64,000 bases of DNA from Phycisphaerae bacterium. GTDB lineage: Bacteria > Planctomycetota > Phycisphaerae > UBA1845. Numbering within the stretch: the stretch's first letter is position 1; every line of letters starts with the position of its first letter. The position numbers and the translations under genes are program-made. The DNA lies in assembly GCA_963666835.2 (NCBI GenBank), contig CAXXGO010000005.1:128001-192000 (forward strand). The letters run 5' to 3'. The notes under the pieces are model-generated. The model made no database searches, was not told where the DNA came from, and saw nothing but the letters and a program-made list of their open reading frames with translations. Below are positions 1 through 9,710 of this stretch, one piece after another.

Positions 1-542
1 GATTGCTGGTCGACGCCAGACGTCAGTATGACGACGGAATCGGGATATACCAGTATGCGCAGAGCAGGCCGACGATCTGGAGCGATCCATATGGCGAAAG
101 GACTTTCACATATGAGCTCAACAGCCCACAGACACCAGCTGGCCTCAGTTTATACGGTCGACTAGAAGTGACTAAGGAGAGCTGTTGCGCGGAGGCTGCT
201 GTCTTTGTCGCCGCAGAATGGCAGCCCCCTGGGCTGCATTATGTTAAAAAGCCCCTGAACTGGATGAACGTGCATTTGGAGTTCGGCGCGCGTGGGGGCG
301 TCAAGGGTTCTGTGCGGGCCTGCGCATCCGGCTGTGTCAGGGACATCAAACTATGTGGGCGTTACGAAGTCTTCGGTCGTGTCGACTACCGAAGGAAGGG
401 CGTCAGAGAAGACTGGGGGCGTGGGCGGTTTACACGAATGCGATTCGGTGTCGGGGCAGATGGAGGAGGCGAGATCTGCTATAACCTATGCAATGGCGCC
501 GTGACGGCTAGCGGACAGATATCGTGGTGGGCTTACGCACAT

Positions 543-1584
543 CCTGATTCTCTACCTCGCTCCGGTGGTTAACTCCTTTAATGTCAGTGGTTTGGCAGCT
601 ACGGCCGCGATAACAAGGCGATCGAAGAGTTTTGCTTCCATCCAGCGACGGTTGGCCCGATAGGTGAACGCGGCCAGGTAACGGTCGAGGTGTTTGGGCG
701 AAACGCTGTGATATGTGCCCACAATCATCCGCTTCAGGTTGCCGATGAAGGTGTGAACCCAGGGGAAAATTTGAACCGCATTCTTCCCACCGCCCGTCAC
801 GATTGCCTCGTGCTCGTACCCGGCCTTGGCCACTGAAACGTAACTTCCCCATCCGTCCGTCCGGAGACATGAGCCCTTCGCTACGTGTCTCGTCGTGAAA
901 CCCCTCAGGCTTCGAGCGTCGACGCTTTTCAGTCCCTGAATGGCGATTCGCTTAGGCCGGTCGTTCTCGTCAAGCTCGACGGCCACTCCCACTGGGACCT
1001 TCTTCTCCACTCCACGCCCCGGCCGACCCGGTTCCCGGCCGCCAACGTATGTCTCGTCGACCTCCACAAGTCCCTGCAGGACATAACGTTGGCATCGTTG
1101 ACGCATGGCCTCGCGGAGCTTCTGCAGCATCATCCAGGCAGTCTGGTAGCAGACCTGGATCTGCTTGGCCAACGCCGTGGCCGCGAGGCCTTTCTTCGAG
1201 TGAGCCTCTTGATACATAGCCCAGAACCACTTCCAGAGCGGCACGCGGGCACCGTGAAACACCGTGCCGGCCGTCGGTGAGGTCTGATGGTGACACTCCC
1301 GGCACTCGACGAGCCCTCGGGTCGGGAGCCACCATCCGCGGTTATGCCCACAGTCCGGGCAGACGAACCGTTCCAGGTTCGGTCCCCAGCGAGCCTTTCG
1401 CAGATACGCGGCACAGGCCGCATCATCTCCGAAGCGACGCATAAACGACGCTACATCCAAGATCTTGGGCACGGGATGCTTCGGGCGAATCTCGTCAGAC
1501 ATGGCCGACCTCCTCCATGAACCATGAAATCGTAAGCCCTAACAAATACCGTACTTAGCCGCCGGAGTCAAGTAGAGAATCAGG
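543..1584 (-). mobile_element. IS1595-family insertion sequence, copy 1 (1042 bp)
   Basis: Terminal IRs CCTGATTCTCTAC/GTAGAGAATCAGG; 8-bp TSD ACGCACAT at 535-542 and 1585-1592. Confidence 0.95.
552..1502 (-). CDS. IS1595-family transposase (probably ISSod11-like, D-D-H)
   Basis: Zn ribbon CPDCG..CREC, VEVDETYVGG, TDGW, WVHTFIGNLKR, YHSVSPKHLDRYL. Confidence 0.93.
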   Translation of the reverse strand: MSDEIRPKHPVPKILDVASFMRRFGDDAACAAYLRKARWGPNLERFVCPDCGHNRGWWLPTRGLVECRECHHQTSPTAGTVFHGARVPLWKWFWAMYQEAHSKKGLAATALAKQIQVCYQTAWMMLQKLREAMRQRCQRYVLQGLVEVDETYVGGREPGRPGRGVEKKVPVGVAVELDENDRPKRIAIQGLKSVDARSLRGFTTRHVAKGSCLRTDGWGSYVSVAKAGYEHEAIVTGGGKNAVQIFPWVHTFIGNLKRMIVGTYHSVSPKHLDRYLAAFTYRANRRWMEAKLFDRLVIAAVAAKPLTLKELTTGAR

Positions 1585-1725
1585 ACGCACATTTCGGTTG
1601 GAGTTGGTTCGGTCGAAGCTATGAATATGGAGATTCGTGGTACTTTTCGGAGAAGACGCTGCTAAGTGGTCCCGCACCGCTTAGAGAGTACTGCTGCGGA
1701 CGTTAGATCGGAGGACGGATGTTGC

Positions 1726-2424
1726 ATGAGAAAGCCGCTTGCCGAGAAACGTGGGTTTTCCGTACGGAAAACGGATAGGGGCGTTGCTGTAAGGAAATCG
1801 GCCTCGCCATTTTCTCGCGTGTTGTTCGTGTCGCCGTTCATTGCGGCGGCCTTCGTGCTCGCCGTTGTTGCGACGCTCGTGTCCGGATACCTGCCTTTCG
1901 TCACCATTCGGGAACGGAACGGCTGCGATATGGGTCTGTGGACTGCAATCGGGCTGGGAGCCATGTTCCTCACAGGGGCGGGCGTGGCCTGGTGGTTCCT
2001 AGTTCACCTTGTCCTCCGTATCCTGCCTGTTGAGAAGAGGATTGACCGCGCGCAAGGAAGCGTGATATGCCGCGCCTTTATCTGGCGACTTGTATACTTG
2101 CGTCGTGCTCTGAAACTTCCATTGAATGTCGTCGTCCAGGTTTATGATAGCCATGGCGATCCTTGCTTCAGAGTGTTCTTGAGAGATGCAAAAGGTCGAC
2201 ACTTCTTGCTGACGATTCCGACGGTGGTGGGATCACGCTCGGGCGCAAAGGAAGAAGCCTTGGCGCTTGGAGTGCCGATTGCGCGGAGGCTCAAGGCCGA
2301 CATCGTTGTGGAAACACGGACTCGGGCAGGATGGTGTCCTCCTGAGAAACTCGATTCCAGAGATTGGTGCGCGCACCGGGATCCAACACGCGAAGCGCAA
2401 ACCTCGTCGAGTCGTGTTCTCTGA
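1726..2424 (+). CDS. Membrane protein, candidate immunity protein for the upstream Rhs C-terminal domain
   Basis: Two hydrophobic segments; GGAGG before the ATG; starts 20 bp after the restored Rhs stop. Confidence 0.55.
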   Translation: MRKPLAEKRGFSVRKTDRGVAVRKSASPFSRVLFVSPFIAAAFVLAVVATLVSGYLPFVTIRERNGCDMGLWTAIGLGAMFLTGAGVAWWFLVHLVLRILPVEKRIDRAQGSVICRAFIWRLVYLRRALKLPLNVVVQVYDSHGDPCFRVFLRDAKGRHFLLTIPTVVGSRSGAKEEALALGVPIARRLKADIVVETRTRAGWCPPEKLDSRDWCAHRDPTREAQTSSSRVL

Positions 2425-2521
2425 GCAGAACTCTCCCGTTGGCTAACAGGCGGGAATTCGGGGGCATCACCACCTGTAAGAACAGACCAAAACGCGCGGG
2501 AGCGAACTCGAGGCCTCAATC

Positions 2522-3280
2522 GTGACGAACGAACCGGTAGACCGAGACAGTGTGGGCCCTAGCCCGGCGAGCCTCCCTTGTGCATCTTGCGGGTACGATC
2601 TTCGCGGGTCATTGGCATCCGACAAATGCCCCGAATGCGAGCATGCCATTGCCGAATCGATTGCGCTTGCCCGCCGCGGACCGAACATTGCCACTCGGAT
2701 GTGCCGCGTCTTTCGGCGCCACTACGTGGCTGCTGGGTTAACGGCCTTCGGGCTCGCTATTGCTCTGGGTTCACTGCTCTCCTATAGAGAACGGACCTCT
2801 GACTACTACTGTCCATTGTGTGCGCGGGTTAGATGGCAACACACTACTGGGCTCGCTGTTCCCTTTACGGACTTATGGGTCGTCGAAGTCCATACGCGAA
2901 CGGAGGCGTTCAGGCCAGACACGGCGATATCACGGCACCTTGATCCTGCCGGAAACTGCACGCACGATTGGGTATTGAATAGCGCGTACGACAAGGATGT
3001 GTTCGGTCCTCGCGGCCCACAATCTCGGCGTGATGTGACCTCGTGTGCTTGTGCAACTGATGAAGACATGTTAGCGTTTCTCAGGGAATTGCCCAACGCA
3101 AGTATGCAGCTTACGGAGCATATTCGGGAACGAGATTTGTGTGAGTGGCTGCCTGACGTTTTCGACCGGTGGGATCGTGAGCGGGAGGAAGTGAGCGGCG
3201 CTGACAGCACGTGCGCCGAGAACTTGGGCGACGAAAATTCCGAGAACGAGAATTCGGGGGACACCATATGGATTCCCTGA
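2522..3280 (+). CDS. Zn-ribbon membrane-anchored hypothetical protein
   Basis: CASCGYDLRG..CPEC followed by a TM segment; the 3' end runs into the repeat cluster. Confidence 0.6.
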   Translation: MTNEPVDRDSVGPSPASLPCASCGYDLRGSLASDKCPECEHAIAESIALARRGPNIATRMCRVFRRHYVAAGLTAFGLAIALGSLLSYRERTSDYYCPLCARVRWQHTTGLAVPFTDLWVVEVHTRTEAFRPDTAISRHLDPAGNCTHDWVLNSAYDKDVFGPRGPQSRRDVTSCACATDEDMLAFLRELPNASMQLTEHIRERDLCEWLPDVFDRWDREREEVSGADSTCAENLGDENSENENSGDTIWIP

Positions 3281-3445
3281 CAGAATTCGGGGGACACTAT
3301 ATGGACAGAATTCGGGGGACACTATATGGATTCCCTGAGCTTTCGCCCACGTCGCTGCTTGGGCTTGAGTTCGGGAGAAAACGGGACATCACTAAGTTCC
3401 GCCGGTTAGCGTCTGGCGACGATTCGGGGAACACCATATCGATTT
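3249..3445 (+). repeat. Three AGAATTCGGGGGACACYATATGGA units plus a ~73-bp element shared with 18400-18473
   Basis: Units at 3249-3272, 3282-3305 and 3307-3330; 3373-3445 matches the reverse complement of 18400-18473. Confidence 0.85.
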
Positions 3446-3461
3446 TGGTCGCATCACCAGC

Positions 3462-5285
3462 ATGGGCTTCAAGCGGAACGGTGCCTCTACCCTTCATCGT
3501 TACGAGTACGGTTACGACGCCAACGGCAACCGAACCTACGCCAAGATCAACCAGGCCGGGCACCCGAACGATCGGTCGTTCCTGTATGGCTACGACAATC
3601 TGAACCGGCTGGTCTACGCTGAACGGGGCGTGCTCGATACATCAGTACCGGTGATAGACAACGGCGGGACCGGCCGGGCGTGGAATCTGGACGTTTTGGG
3701 CAACTGGTCCGGGGACCAGACGAATCAGCGAAGCGTGATCGATTACACGTTCTCGTCCGGGAATCCCGGGTACTCCAGCAGTGATACCGTTACCGCCTAT
3801 ACCCATCACGATACCGACGCGACGAACCAGATCGTGCAACATCGCTACGATGCAACCCCCCAGACCCCGAGTTCCGTCGCCACCACCGATTTCCATTACG
3901 ACAAGGCCGGGAACGTCATCCTCGATAACGAGCATTTCTACAAATACGACGCCTGGAACCGGGTCGCACGCGTCAGCGAACGAGGCACCCTGGCCGTGAG
4001 CGGCGACACCTTCACCGGCGCTGTCGGCGATCTTCTCAGCATTTTCTTCTACGACGCCCTCGGCCGGCGGATCAACAAGAGGGTGTACAACTCCGAAGCC
4101 CTCAACACGACCGGCTACGGCGACTACTTCTACTACGACGGCCACCGCGTGCTGGAGCATCGCAAGACCAACGCGGCCGGGACCGCCGTCGAGCCGCATC
4201 GCCGGTACGTTTACGGGTTGGACTATATCGATGAGGTGGTGGCGTATTACGACACCGGTGCCGCCGATCCGGACCCGCATTTCGTGCTTCAGGACGCCAA
4301 CTACGACGTCGTGGGCGTGACCGATCACCAGGGATACCTTCAGCAGCAGTACTCGTACGCCCCGTACGGGGCGTATCAGCACATCGAGGACGGGTCCGGC
4401 GTGCGGTATAACGAGATGGACGCCGACCTCACCGAACTACTGATCCCCCTCGGCCGCAACGGCCTGATCCTTGACCGCGAAACCGGCCTCTACTATAACC
4501 GCGCCCGCTATTACGATCCCCTGCTATCGAGATTTCTGCAGGCGGACCCGAACGGGACGGGGTTGGTGGCTTCGGGTATGTTACTGCGGAACGGGTCTTC
4601 GCCAGGCCTAGCGCCTGCGGTGAATGCGGCAGGCCAATACGCCGACGGGATGAACGTATATGAGTATGCTCTGAGCGGTCCGTCATACGCGGTTGATCCA
4701 AGAGGACTCGGCATAACGGTTGCCCAGAAGTGTATGGTGCTGGTTAATATCAACCACGAGGAAGACAAGAGATGGCTCCTTACAAGAGCAGAGAGCCTTG
4801 TTTGCAGCGCGTGGGGAAACCTTGTCTGCCATGCTGATAAGTACAACCGACAGCCCTGCAAGGACGAGGAAGGCAATGACATAGTCGACGAAGTGACAGG
4901 TGAGCCGACAATGTGTGATCGCCCAGGTTTGATCCCGAATTTCCCGTCTATCACGACGTTCACGGGCCCTGGCAAGGGTGAGGAGGAGTGGCTGCCAATA
5001 TTCAATGCCGCAAAGACAGCTGCGCTCGCCCGAGGCGCGGAGCTAGCCGAGGATTGCGAATGCAACTGCAAGCGAATCGCGGTTGTTCTGAAGTGCAATT
5101 TTCGAGCGAAGTTAGGCGACACGAGAAGTAAATGGTACCGGGAGGAATGTCCGCGACAGTCTCAGTGGTTCAAGAAAGACGGAACGGATCTTTTTAGTGG
5201 GCGGAGTGGACGTATTGACTGGTATGGCACTTTCAAGACGTTCCCATGCAAGAATCGGCAGGCTAAGCCTAAACGGAGAAGGTAG
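3462..5285 (+). CDS. Orphan Rhs module: partial YD-repeat core plus Cys-rich unknown C-terminal toxin domain
   Basis: YGYDANGNRT, YDNLNRL, YDALGRR, DRETGLYYNRARYYDP..RFLQADP and DPRGL cleavage motif; starts mid-core. Confidence 0.9.
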   Translation: MGFKRNGASTLHRYEYGYDANGNRTYAKINQAGHPNDRSFLYGYDNLNRLVYAERGVLDTSVPVIDNGGTGRAWNLDVLGNWSGDQTNQRSVIDYTFSSGNPGYSSSDTVTAYTHHDTDATNQIVQHRYDATPQTPSSVATTDFHYDKAGNVILDNEHFYKYDAWNRVARVSERGTLAVSGDTFTGAVGDLLSIFFYDALGRRINKRVYNSEALNTTGYGDYFYYDGHRVLEHRKTNAAGTAVEPHRRYVYGLDYIDEVVAYYDTGAADPDPHFVLQDANYDVVGVTDHQGYLQQQYSYAPYGAYQHIEDGSGVRYNEMDADLTELLIPLGRNGLILDRETGLYYNRARYYDPLLSRFLQADPNGTGLVASGMLLRNGSSPGLAPAVNAAGQYADGMNVYEYALSGPSYAVDPRGLGITVAQKCMVLVNINHEEDKRWLLTRAESLVCSAWGNLVCHADKYNRQPCKDEEGNDIVDEVTGEPTMCDRPGLIPNFPSITTFTGPGKGEEEWLPIFNAAKTAALARGAELAEDCECNCKRIAVVLKCNFRAKLGDTRSKWYREECPRQSQWFKKDGTDLFSGRSGRIDWYGTFKTFPCKNRQAKPKRRR

Positions 5286-5293
5286 CTGCTTCT

Positions 5294-5671
5294 ATGGTCA
5301 CCTGCACTAGGCAACGAGCGTTTGTGTTGGCACTGGCGGCAGGATGCGTGTTCTTCGCTACCTTCGACTTATGCCGAGTCAAAGACCGGTTGTGGCCACA
5401 TGAGATGTGGCTGTGGGGACAATGCGACGATCTGTTGGGCGTCGCCGGTATGAGCGATTCGGCCGACTACGCTGGTTTTTCCCGGTATATGCTTGCTGGA
5501 CAGTTATCTTATGTCCTCCAGTCCGCCCCCGTACTGGGGCTCGCGCTGGTTGTTTACCACTTATGTGCGTATCGGCATCGGCGGGATCGGCATGCCCGCT
5601 GCGCGTCGTGTGGTCATATCCTAAAGGGCCTAACTGCGCCGCGATGTCCGGAATGCGGGTGCAGAATATGA
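5294..5671 (+). CDS. Two-TM protein with C-terminal Zn ribbon, candidate immunity protein
   Basis: RCASCGHILKGLTAPRCPECG; starts 8 bp after the Rhs stop. Confidence 0.7.
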   Translation: MVTCTRQRAFVLALAAGCVFFATFDLCRVKDRLWPHEMWLWGQCDDLLGVAGMSDSADYAGFSRYMLAGQLSYVLQSAPVLGLALVVYHLCAYRHRRDRHARCASCGHILKGLTAPRCPECGCRI

Positions 5672-6006
5672 AAGTGCTGCTTCGCCAGTCTCTAAGAGGA
5701 GGCGCCGCCATTGCCGTTGGCATGTTAGTATATGCTCTCGTCTCTGTCTCACCGCCGGATTATGACGCCAAGCCAGCGCCAGTTCTATGGTTCGACCTTC
5801 TCCACCGGTGGTCTGAGAGCTGGTTCTTCGCCATGCACACAACCCGGATCCTAGCCGTCGTACCCGGCCTAGTGGCGTCATTATTCGTTTACCATCGTCT
5901 ATCTCGCGCATCTTATCGTGGGGGACCGACTCGGTGTGCGGCCTGTGGGAAAGTCATGCGGGGTCTGACCGAACCAGTGTGTCCGCATTGCGGGGAACCG
6001 GTTTGA
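5668..6006 (+). CDS. Paralogous two-TM Zn-ribbon protein
   Basis: ATGA overlap with the previous gene; RCAACGKVMRGLTEPVCPHCG. Confidence 0.7.
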   Translation: MKVLLRQSLRGGAAIAVGMLVYALVSVSPPDYDAKPAPVLWFDLLHRWSESWFFAMHTTRILAVVPGLVASLFVYHRLSRASYRGGPTRCAACGKVMRGLTEPVCPHCGEPV

Positions 6007-6088
6007 CAACGTCGACACGCGATCATACAGTCGGAGGGAGGGGGAACTCGATTCCACTCGGTCTTCGTTCGAGTCGGGTTCGAACGGT

Positions 6089-7789
6089 GTGGGGCGGACG
6101 TGGAACTTGGACGCTTTGGGAAACTGGTCCGGGGACCAGACGAATCAGCGAAGCGTGATCGATTACACCTTCTCGTCCGGCGGGCCCGGCTACTCCAGCA
6201 GCGACACCCTTACCGCCTATACCCATCACGATACCGACGCGACGAACCAGATCGTCCAACATCACCAGACCCCGAGTTCCGTCGCCACCACCGATTTCCA
6301 TTACGATAAGGCCGGGAACCTCATTCTCGATAACAAACATTTCTACAAATACGACGCCTGGAACCGGGTCGCACGCGTCAGCGAACGAGGCACCCTGGCC
6401 GTGAGCGGCGACACCTTCACCGGCGCTGTCGGCGATCTTCTCAGCATTTTCTTCTACGACGCCCTTGGCCGGCGGATCAACAAGAGGGTGTACAACTCCG
6501 AAGCCCTCAACACGACCGGCTACGGCGACTACTTCTACTACGACGGCCACCGCATGCTGGAGCACCGCAAGACCAACGCGGGCGACACGGCCGTCGAGCC
6601 GCATCGCCGGTACGTTTACGGGTTGGATTATATCGATGAGGTCGTGGCGTATTACGACACCGGTGCCGCCGATCCGGACCCGCATTTCGTGCTGCAAGAC
6701 GCCAACTACGACGTCGTGGGCGTGACCGATCACCTGGGATACCTCGAGCAGCAGTATTCGTACGCCCCGTACGGTGCGTATCAGCACATCGAGGACGGAT
6801 CCGGCAACGCAGAAGGCACCGGCCCTGCCGATCTTACCGCGCTGCTGATCCCCCTCGGCCGCAACGGCCTGTTCCTTGACCGCGAAACCGGCCTCTACTA
6901 TAACCGCATTAGGCACTACGATCCGCTGTTGGCTCGATTCTTGCAGCAGGATCCGCTTGGGACAGGGCTGTTGCTCGTGAATGCAATGATGAGGAATGCG
7001 TCATCGCCTGGTGTTGGCTCGCAGTTCAGTGTAGGCGGGCAGTATAGCGATGGGACGAGTTTGTATGAGCTCGCACGCTCAAACGCGTTGGGATGGATTG
7101 ACCCTATGGGTCAACAATCCCTCCGTTCGTGGTTTCGGGGGGACATGCCAGATTGGGTGACGCCGGACTATTCCTTCGAAGACCTGATTCGGTGGTACTT
7201 GGAGGCGCACGGAGGGGCAAACGCAGACCCCAGGGGTTGTTTACGTAAAGTCTACAAGGCACTCGGCAGTGACTACGACAAGAAGACCGGACAGCCGGGA
7301 ACGGTAGGAGGGGAGAAGGTTGCCTGGTCTTACATCCACTGCGTCAATCACTGTGCTCTAACAAGGAATAGCCACATTTGTGGCGGTCCGAGTGCGTCCA
7401 TGAAGATCGGCGAATTGACCGAGGCTGTTCAGAAGTTCATATGCTTGGGCGGGAATGCTGGGGGCGGCCTGGTCAAGAGGCTGGCAGGAAGAGCTAACAA
7501 GAAATGGGCCGACAAGATTGAGTCGGAATGTCAGAGTGCTTATCAGCGATCTGACTACTTCGACAACGCACTTGGCCGCAAGTGTGGTGCGACGGACGAG
7601 AAATGCTCGATCTGTTGCGAGAAGAAGATGCGAGGTAAGACTCGTGACAAACTCCCGGAGGGGCCGGGCACATCTAGGCCGTTTGGGCCTCACCACCCGA
7701 GGAGGCCGGGGCCGGATTGGCCCGAAGATGATCCGTTGCTTCCCGACAACTGGGGGCCTGAGGGCGTGCGTTTGCCCGGCGGCAAGTAG
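6089..7789 (+). CDS. Second orphan Rhs module; near-identical core, different C-terminal domain (HCxxxC...E...DxxxNxxGR)
   Basis: Core DNA ~6095-6907 nearly identical to ~3675-4502; DPMG motif. Rhs-like frame extends upstream of the nominal GTG (GELDSTRSSFESGSNG), so there is no true start. Confidence 0.9.
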   Translation: MGRTWNLDALGNWSGDQTNQRSVIDYTFSSGGPGYSSSDTLTAYTHHDTDATNQIVQHHQTPSSVATTDFHYDKAGNLILDNKHFYKYDAWNRVARVSERGTLAVSGDTFTGAVGDLLSIFFYDALGRRINKRVYNSEALNTTGYGDYFYYDGHRMLEHRKTNAGDTAVEPHRRYVYGLDYIDEVVAYYDTGAADPDPHFVLQDANYDVVGVTDHLGYLEQQYSYAPYGAYQHIEDGSGNAEGTGPADLTALLIPLGRNGLFLDRETGLYYNRIRHYDPLLARFLQQDPLGTGLLLVNAMMRNASSPGVGSQFSVGGQYSDGTSLYELARSNALGWIDPMGQQSLRSWFRGDMPDWVTPDYSFEDLIRWYLEAHGGANADPRGCLRKVYKALGSDYDKKTGQPGTVGGEKVAWSYIHCVNHCALTRNSHICGGPSASMKIGELTEAVQKFICLGGNAGGGLVKRLAGRANKKWADKIESECQSAYQRSDYFDNALGRKCGATDEKCSICCEKKMRGKTRDKLPEGPGTSRPFGPHHPRRPGPDWPEDDPLLPDNWGPEGVRLPGGK

Positions 7790-7886
7790 CGTGAAGGAGA
7801 AGTCGGGTTTGTGTGGTTTGGGGAGCGTAGATCACGTGAGGACAAGCCGTGGGCGAGCGAGGACAAGAGGCAGGAGGTCCGCAACT

Positions 7887-8885
7887 ATGGTAAGGACAAT
7901 CAGTACAGCAGTATTCGCCGTGGCGGGCGCGTGTAGCTGCTGGGCGCAGGGCAATAGCGGAATCGCAACGCGCCCGCCGCCGCATATTCGTGCTCCGGAG
8001 ATGGTGTTGGTTAAGGGCGGTACGTTTCTGATGGGGAGCCCGATTGACGACCGGTCCTCGTACGAATACCACGAGTGTGAACGTCCGCAACAGGAGGTTC
8101 GCGTCGGTGGTTTTTACCTGGCGAGGTTTGTCGTAACCGCCGAGGAGTTCTGCAGATTCCTTAACGAGCGTGGTGAAGACGGTCTCGTGTGCGTTGAGTA
8201 CGCAGGTAGACCGACGACGATTGAAGTAAAGGACGGGACTTATCGTCCCCGACGATGGGCTGAACGATGCCCAGCCACTCGTGTAACGTGGAAGGGTGCC
8301 GTTGGGTATAGCGCTTGGCTATCAAAGAAGACGGGGCATTCATATCGGCTACCCACGGAGACTGAGTGGGAGTACGCCGCTCGGGGGACCGAGCTGCGTC
8401 CCTGGCCCTGGGGCACTGAAGCACCCGATGACCACAACCTCGACCCGAAGGCCAACCCGTTCTTCGAGCACTATGGCGCTCGCTGGATATATCATCCGTG
8501 GGCACCGGATCAGCCGGTACTTCGATCTCCTGTTGGCAGCTTCCCAAGGGGGGCGACCCCTGACGGGATCCTCGACATGTTGGGATATAGCTTCGGTGAA
8601 TGGTGTGCGGACGAGTATGCCGAAAGCTCAGGAGGCGGATCAGCGGCTGAGGACGTCCGACGGCGACGCGTCGTACGAGGGGTCTACCACAAGGCCACTA
8701 ACGTGACAGTAGGGGATGTCTTGGAGGAGAAGAAGAAGGCAAAGACCATCTTCGGTGTGATGGGCGAACCAAGTATGCCGCAATACCATCCAGGTCGGAG
8801 CTGGACGCGCATGGGCGTGGACGAACAGACTGGCGTAGGTCTGATACGCCTGGCAACGGACGGGAAGGCAGACGGCAGGGAGTAG
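7887..8885 (+). CDS. Secreted formylglycine-generating-enzyme (FGE/SUMF1)-like domain protein, candidate immunity protein
   Basis: AGGAGG RBS, signal peptide, PEMVLVKGGTFLMGS, YRLPTETEWEYAARG, PVGSFP. Confidence 0.85.
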   Translation: MVRTISTAVFAVAGACSCWAQGNSGIATRPPPHIRAPEMVLVKGGTFLMGSPIDDRSSYEYHECERPQQEVRVGGFYLARFVVTAEEFCRFLNERGEDGLVCVEYAGRPTTIEVKDGTYRPRRWAERCPATRVTWKGAVGYSAWLSKKTGHSYRLPTETEWEYAARGTELRPWPWGTEAPDDHNLDPKANPFFEHYGARWIYHPWAPDQPVLRSPVGSFPRGATPDGILDMLGYSFGEWCADEYAESSGGGSAAEDVRRRRVVRGVYHKATNVTVGDVLEEKKKAKTIFGVMGEPSMPQYHPGRSWTRMGVDEQTGVGLIRLATDGKADGRE

Positions 8886-9710
8886 CGACGAAAAGGGGAA
8901 AACGGGGACATCACTAGTCCTTCGCTTCTTCCGTCCGGTATCCTACCGGGCTACGATCCGTCCTCAGTTGAGGAGCCTCCGCGGGAGCCGGGCCGGTCGG
9001 CGTAAAGGCACCGGGATTCTGTCGGCATGGACTCGACCGGCGGACAATCAGCTACATCCCGTTCCCTGTTTGCGATCCCGATCGCCAGCAACATTTTTCT
9101 GATCGACACACTTGGTTCTACGGTCGTGAGAAGCCAAGCGCAGGCTGCGCATGTGGCGGGGACGATGAGTCAGGCCGGCCTGAGTCTCCATTGCGTCGGG
9201 CGACGGCGTGGGCGCCTGGTGACAGGCGGCTCTCTCGTGTATTGGTCATGGGGTAAACGGGTCATTCGACAACTCCATGCATCAGCCAACCATGGTACGG
9301 GTGTGAGGGTCGTGGCGCGTGACAGTAGAGAGACAAGCGGCTTGTTCTTGAAGAACATGTGGCTTGCGTCTCGATGACATTGCACGGTCGGTGCCGTACC
9401 ACCTCCCCGGAGGGATGATCCTCCGGTCGAGTGACAGCCCCCAGCGAAGGATTCCTCGTCATCGTCGCCAAGAACAGGAGCTGCGGGAAGGCGAGCGCTG
9501 TTGGCCTGGAGAATCCGTAATGGATGATCATCGCTTTCCTCTCCGACCGAGGCGCTTGATGCCCCACGCCGTTATGACGATCAGGACGAGGGCGCCGCCG
9601 TCGAACCAGAAGTCCGGCGGATTGCCGCCCATGAACGGCAGGATGTGAGAAATCGGAAACTCTGCGTCGCCTCGGATCTGGCCTATGAGTGCCGCCGCAA
9701 TAATAATAAT

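Larger units (their letters stand above)
3..1706 (+). pseudogene. Rhs core end plus Cys-rich C-terminal toxin domain, interrupted by IS1595 (5' part lies outside the window)
   Basis: QYDDGIGIYQYAQSRPTIWSDPYG is an Rhs core-end motif. Removing the IS and one TSD restores the frame ...WWAYAH-FGWSWFGRSYEY...REYCCGR* (TAG at 1704-1706). Confidence 0.8.

Noticed and set aside
3249..3340. Possible CRISPR array
   Set aside because: Units are separated by only 1-9 nt, there are no unique spacers, and there are no cas genes.
7455..7886. Long N-terminal extension of the FGE ORF given by the ORF track
   Set aside because: It overlaps the Rhs gene; the RBS and signal peptide point to ATG 7887.
8920..9527. 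Possible gene or ncRNA
   Set aside because: Only short ORFs with no motif, and no structure I can support.
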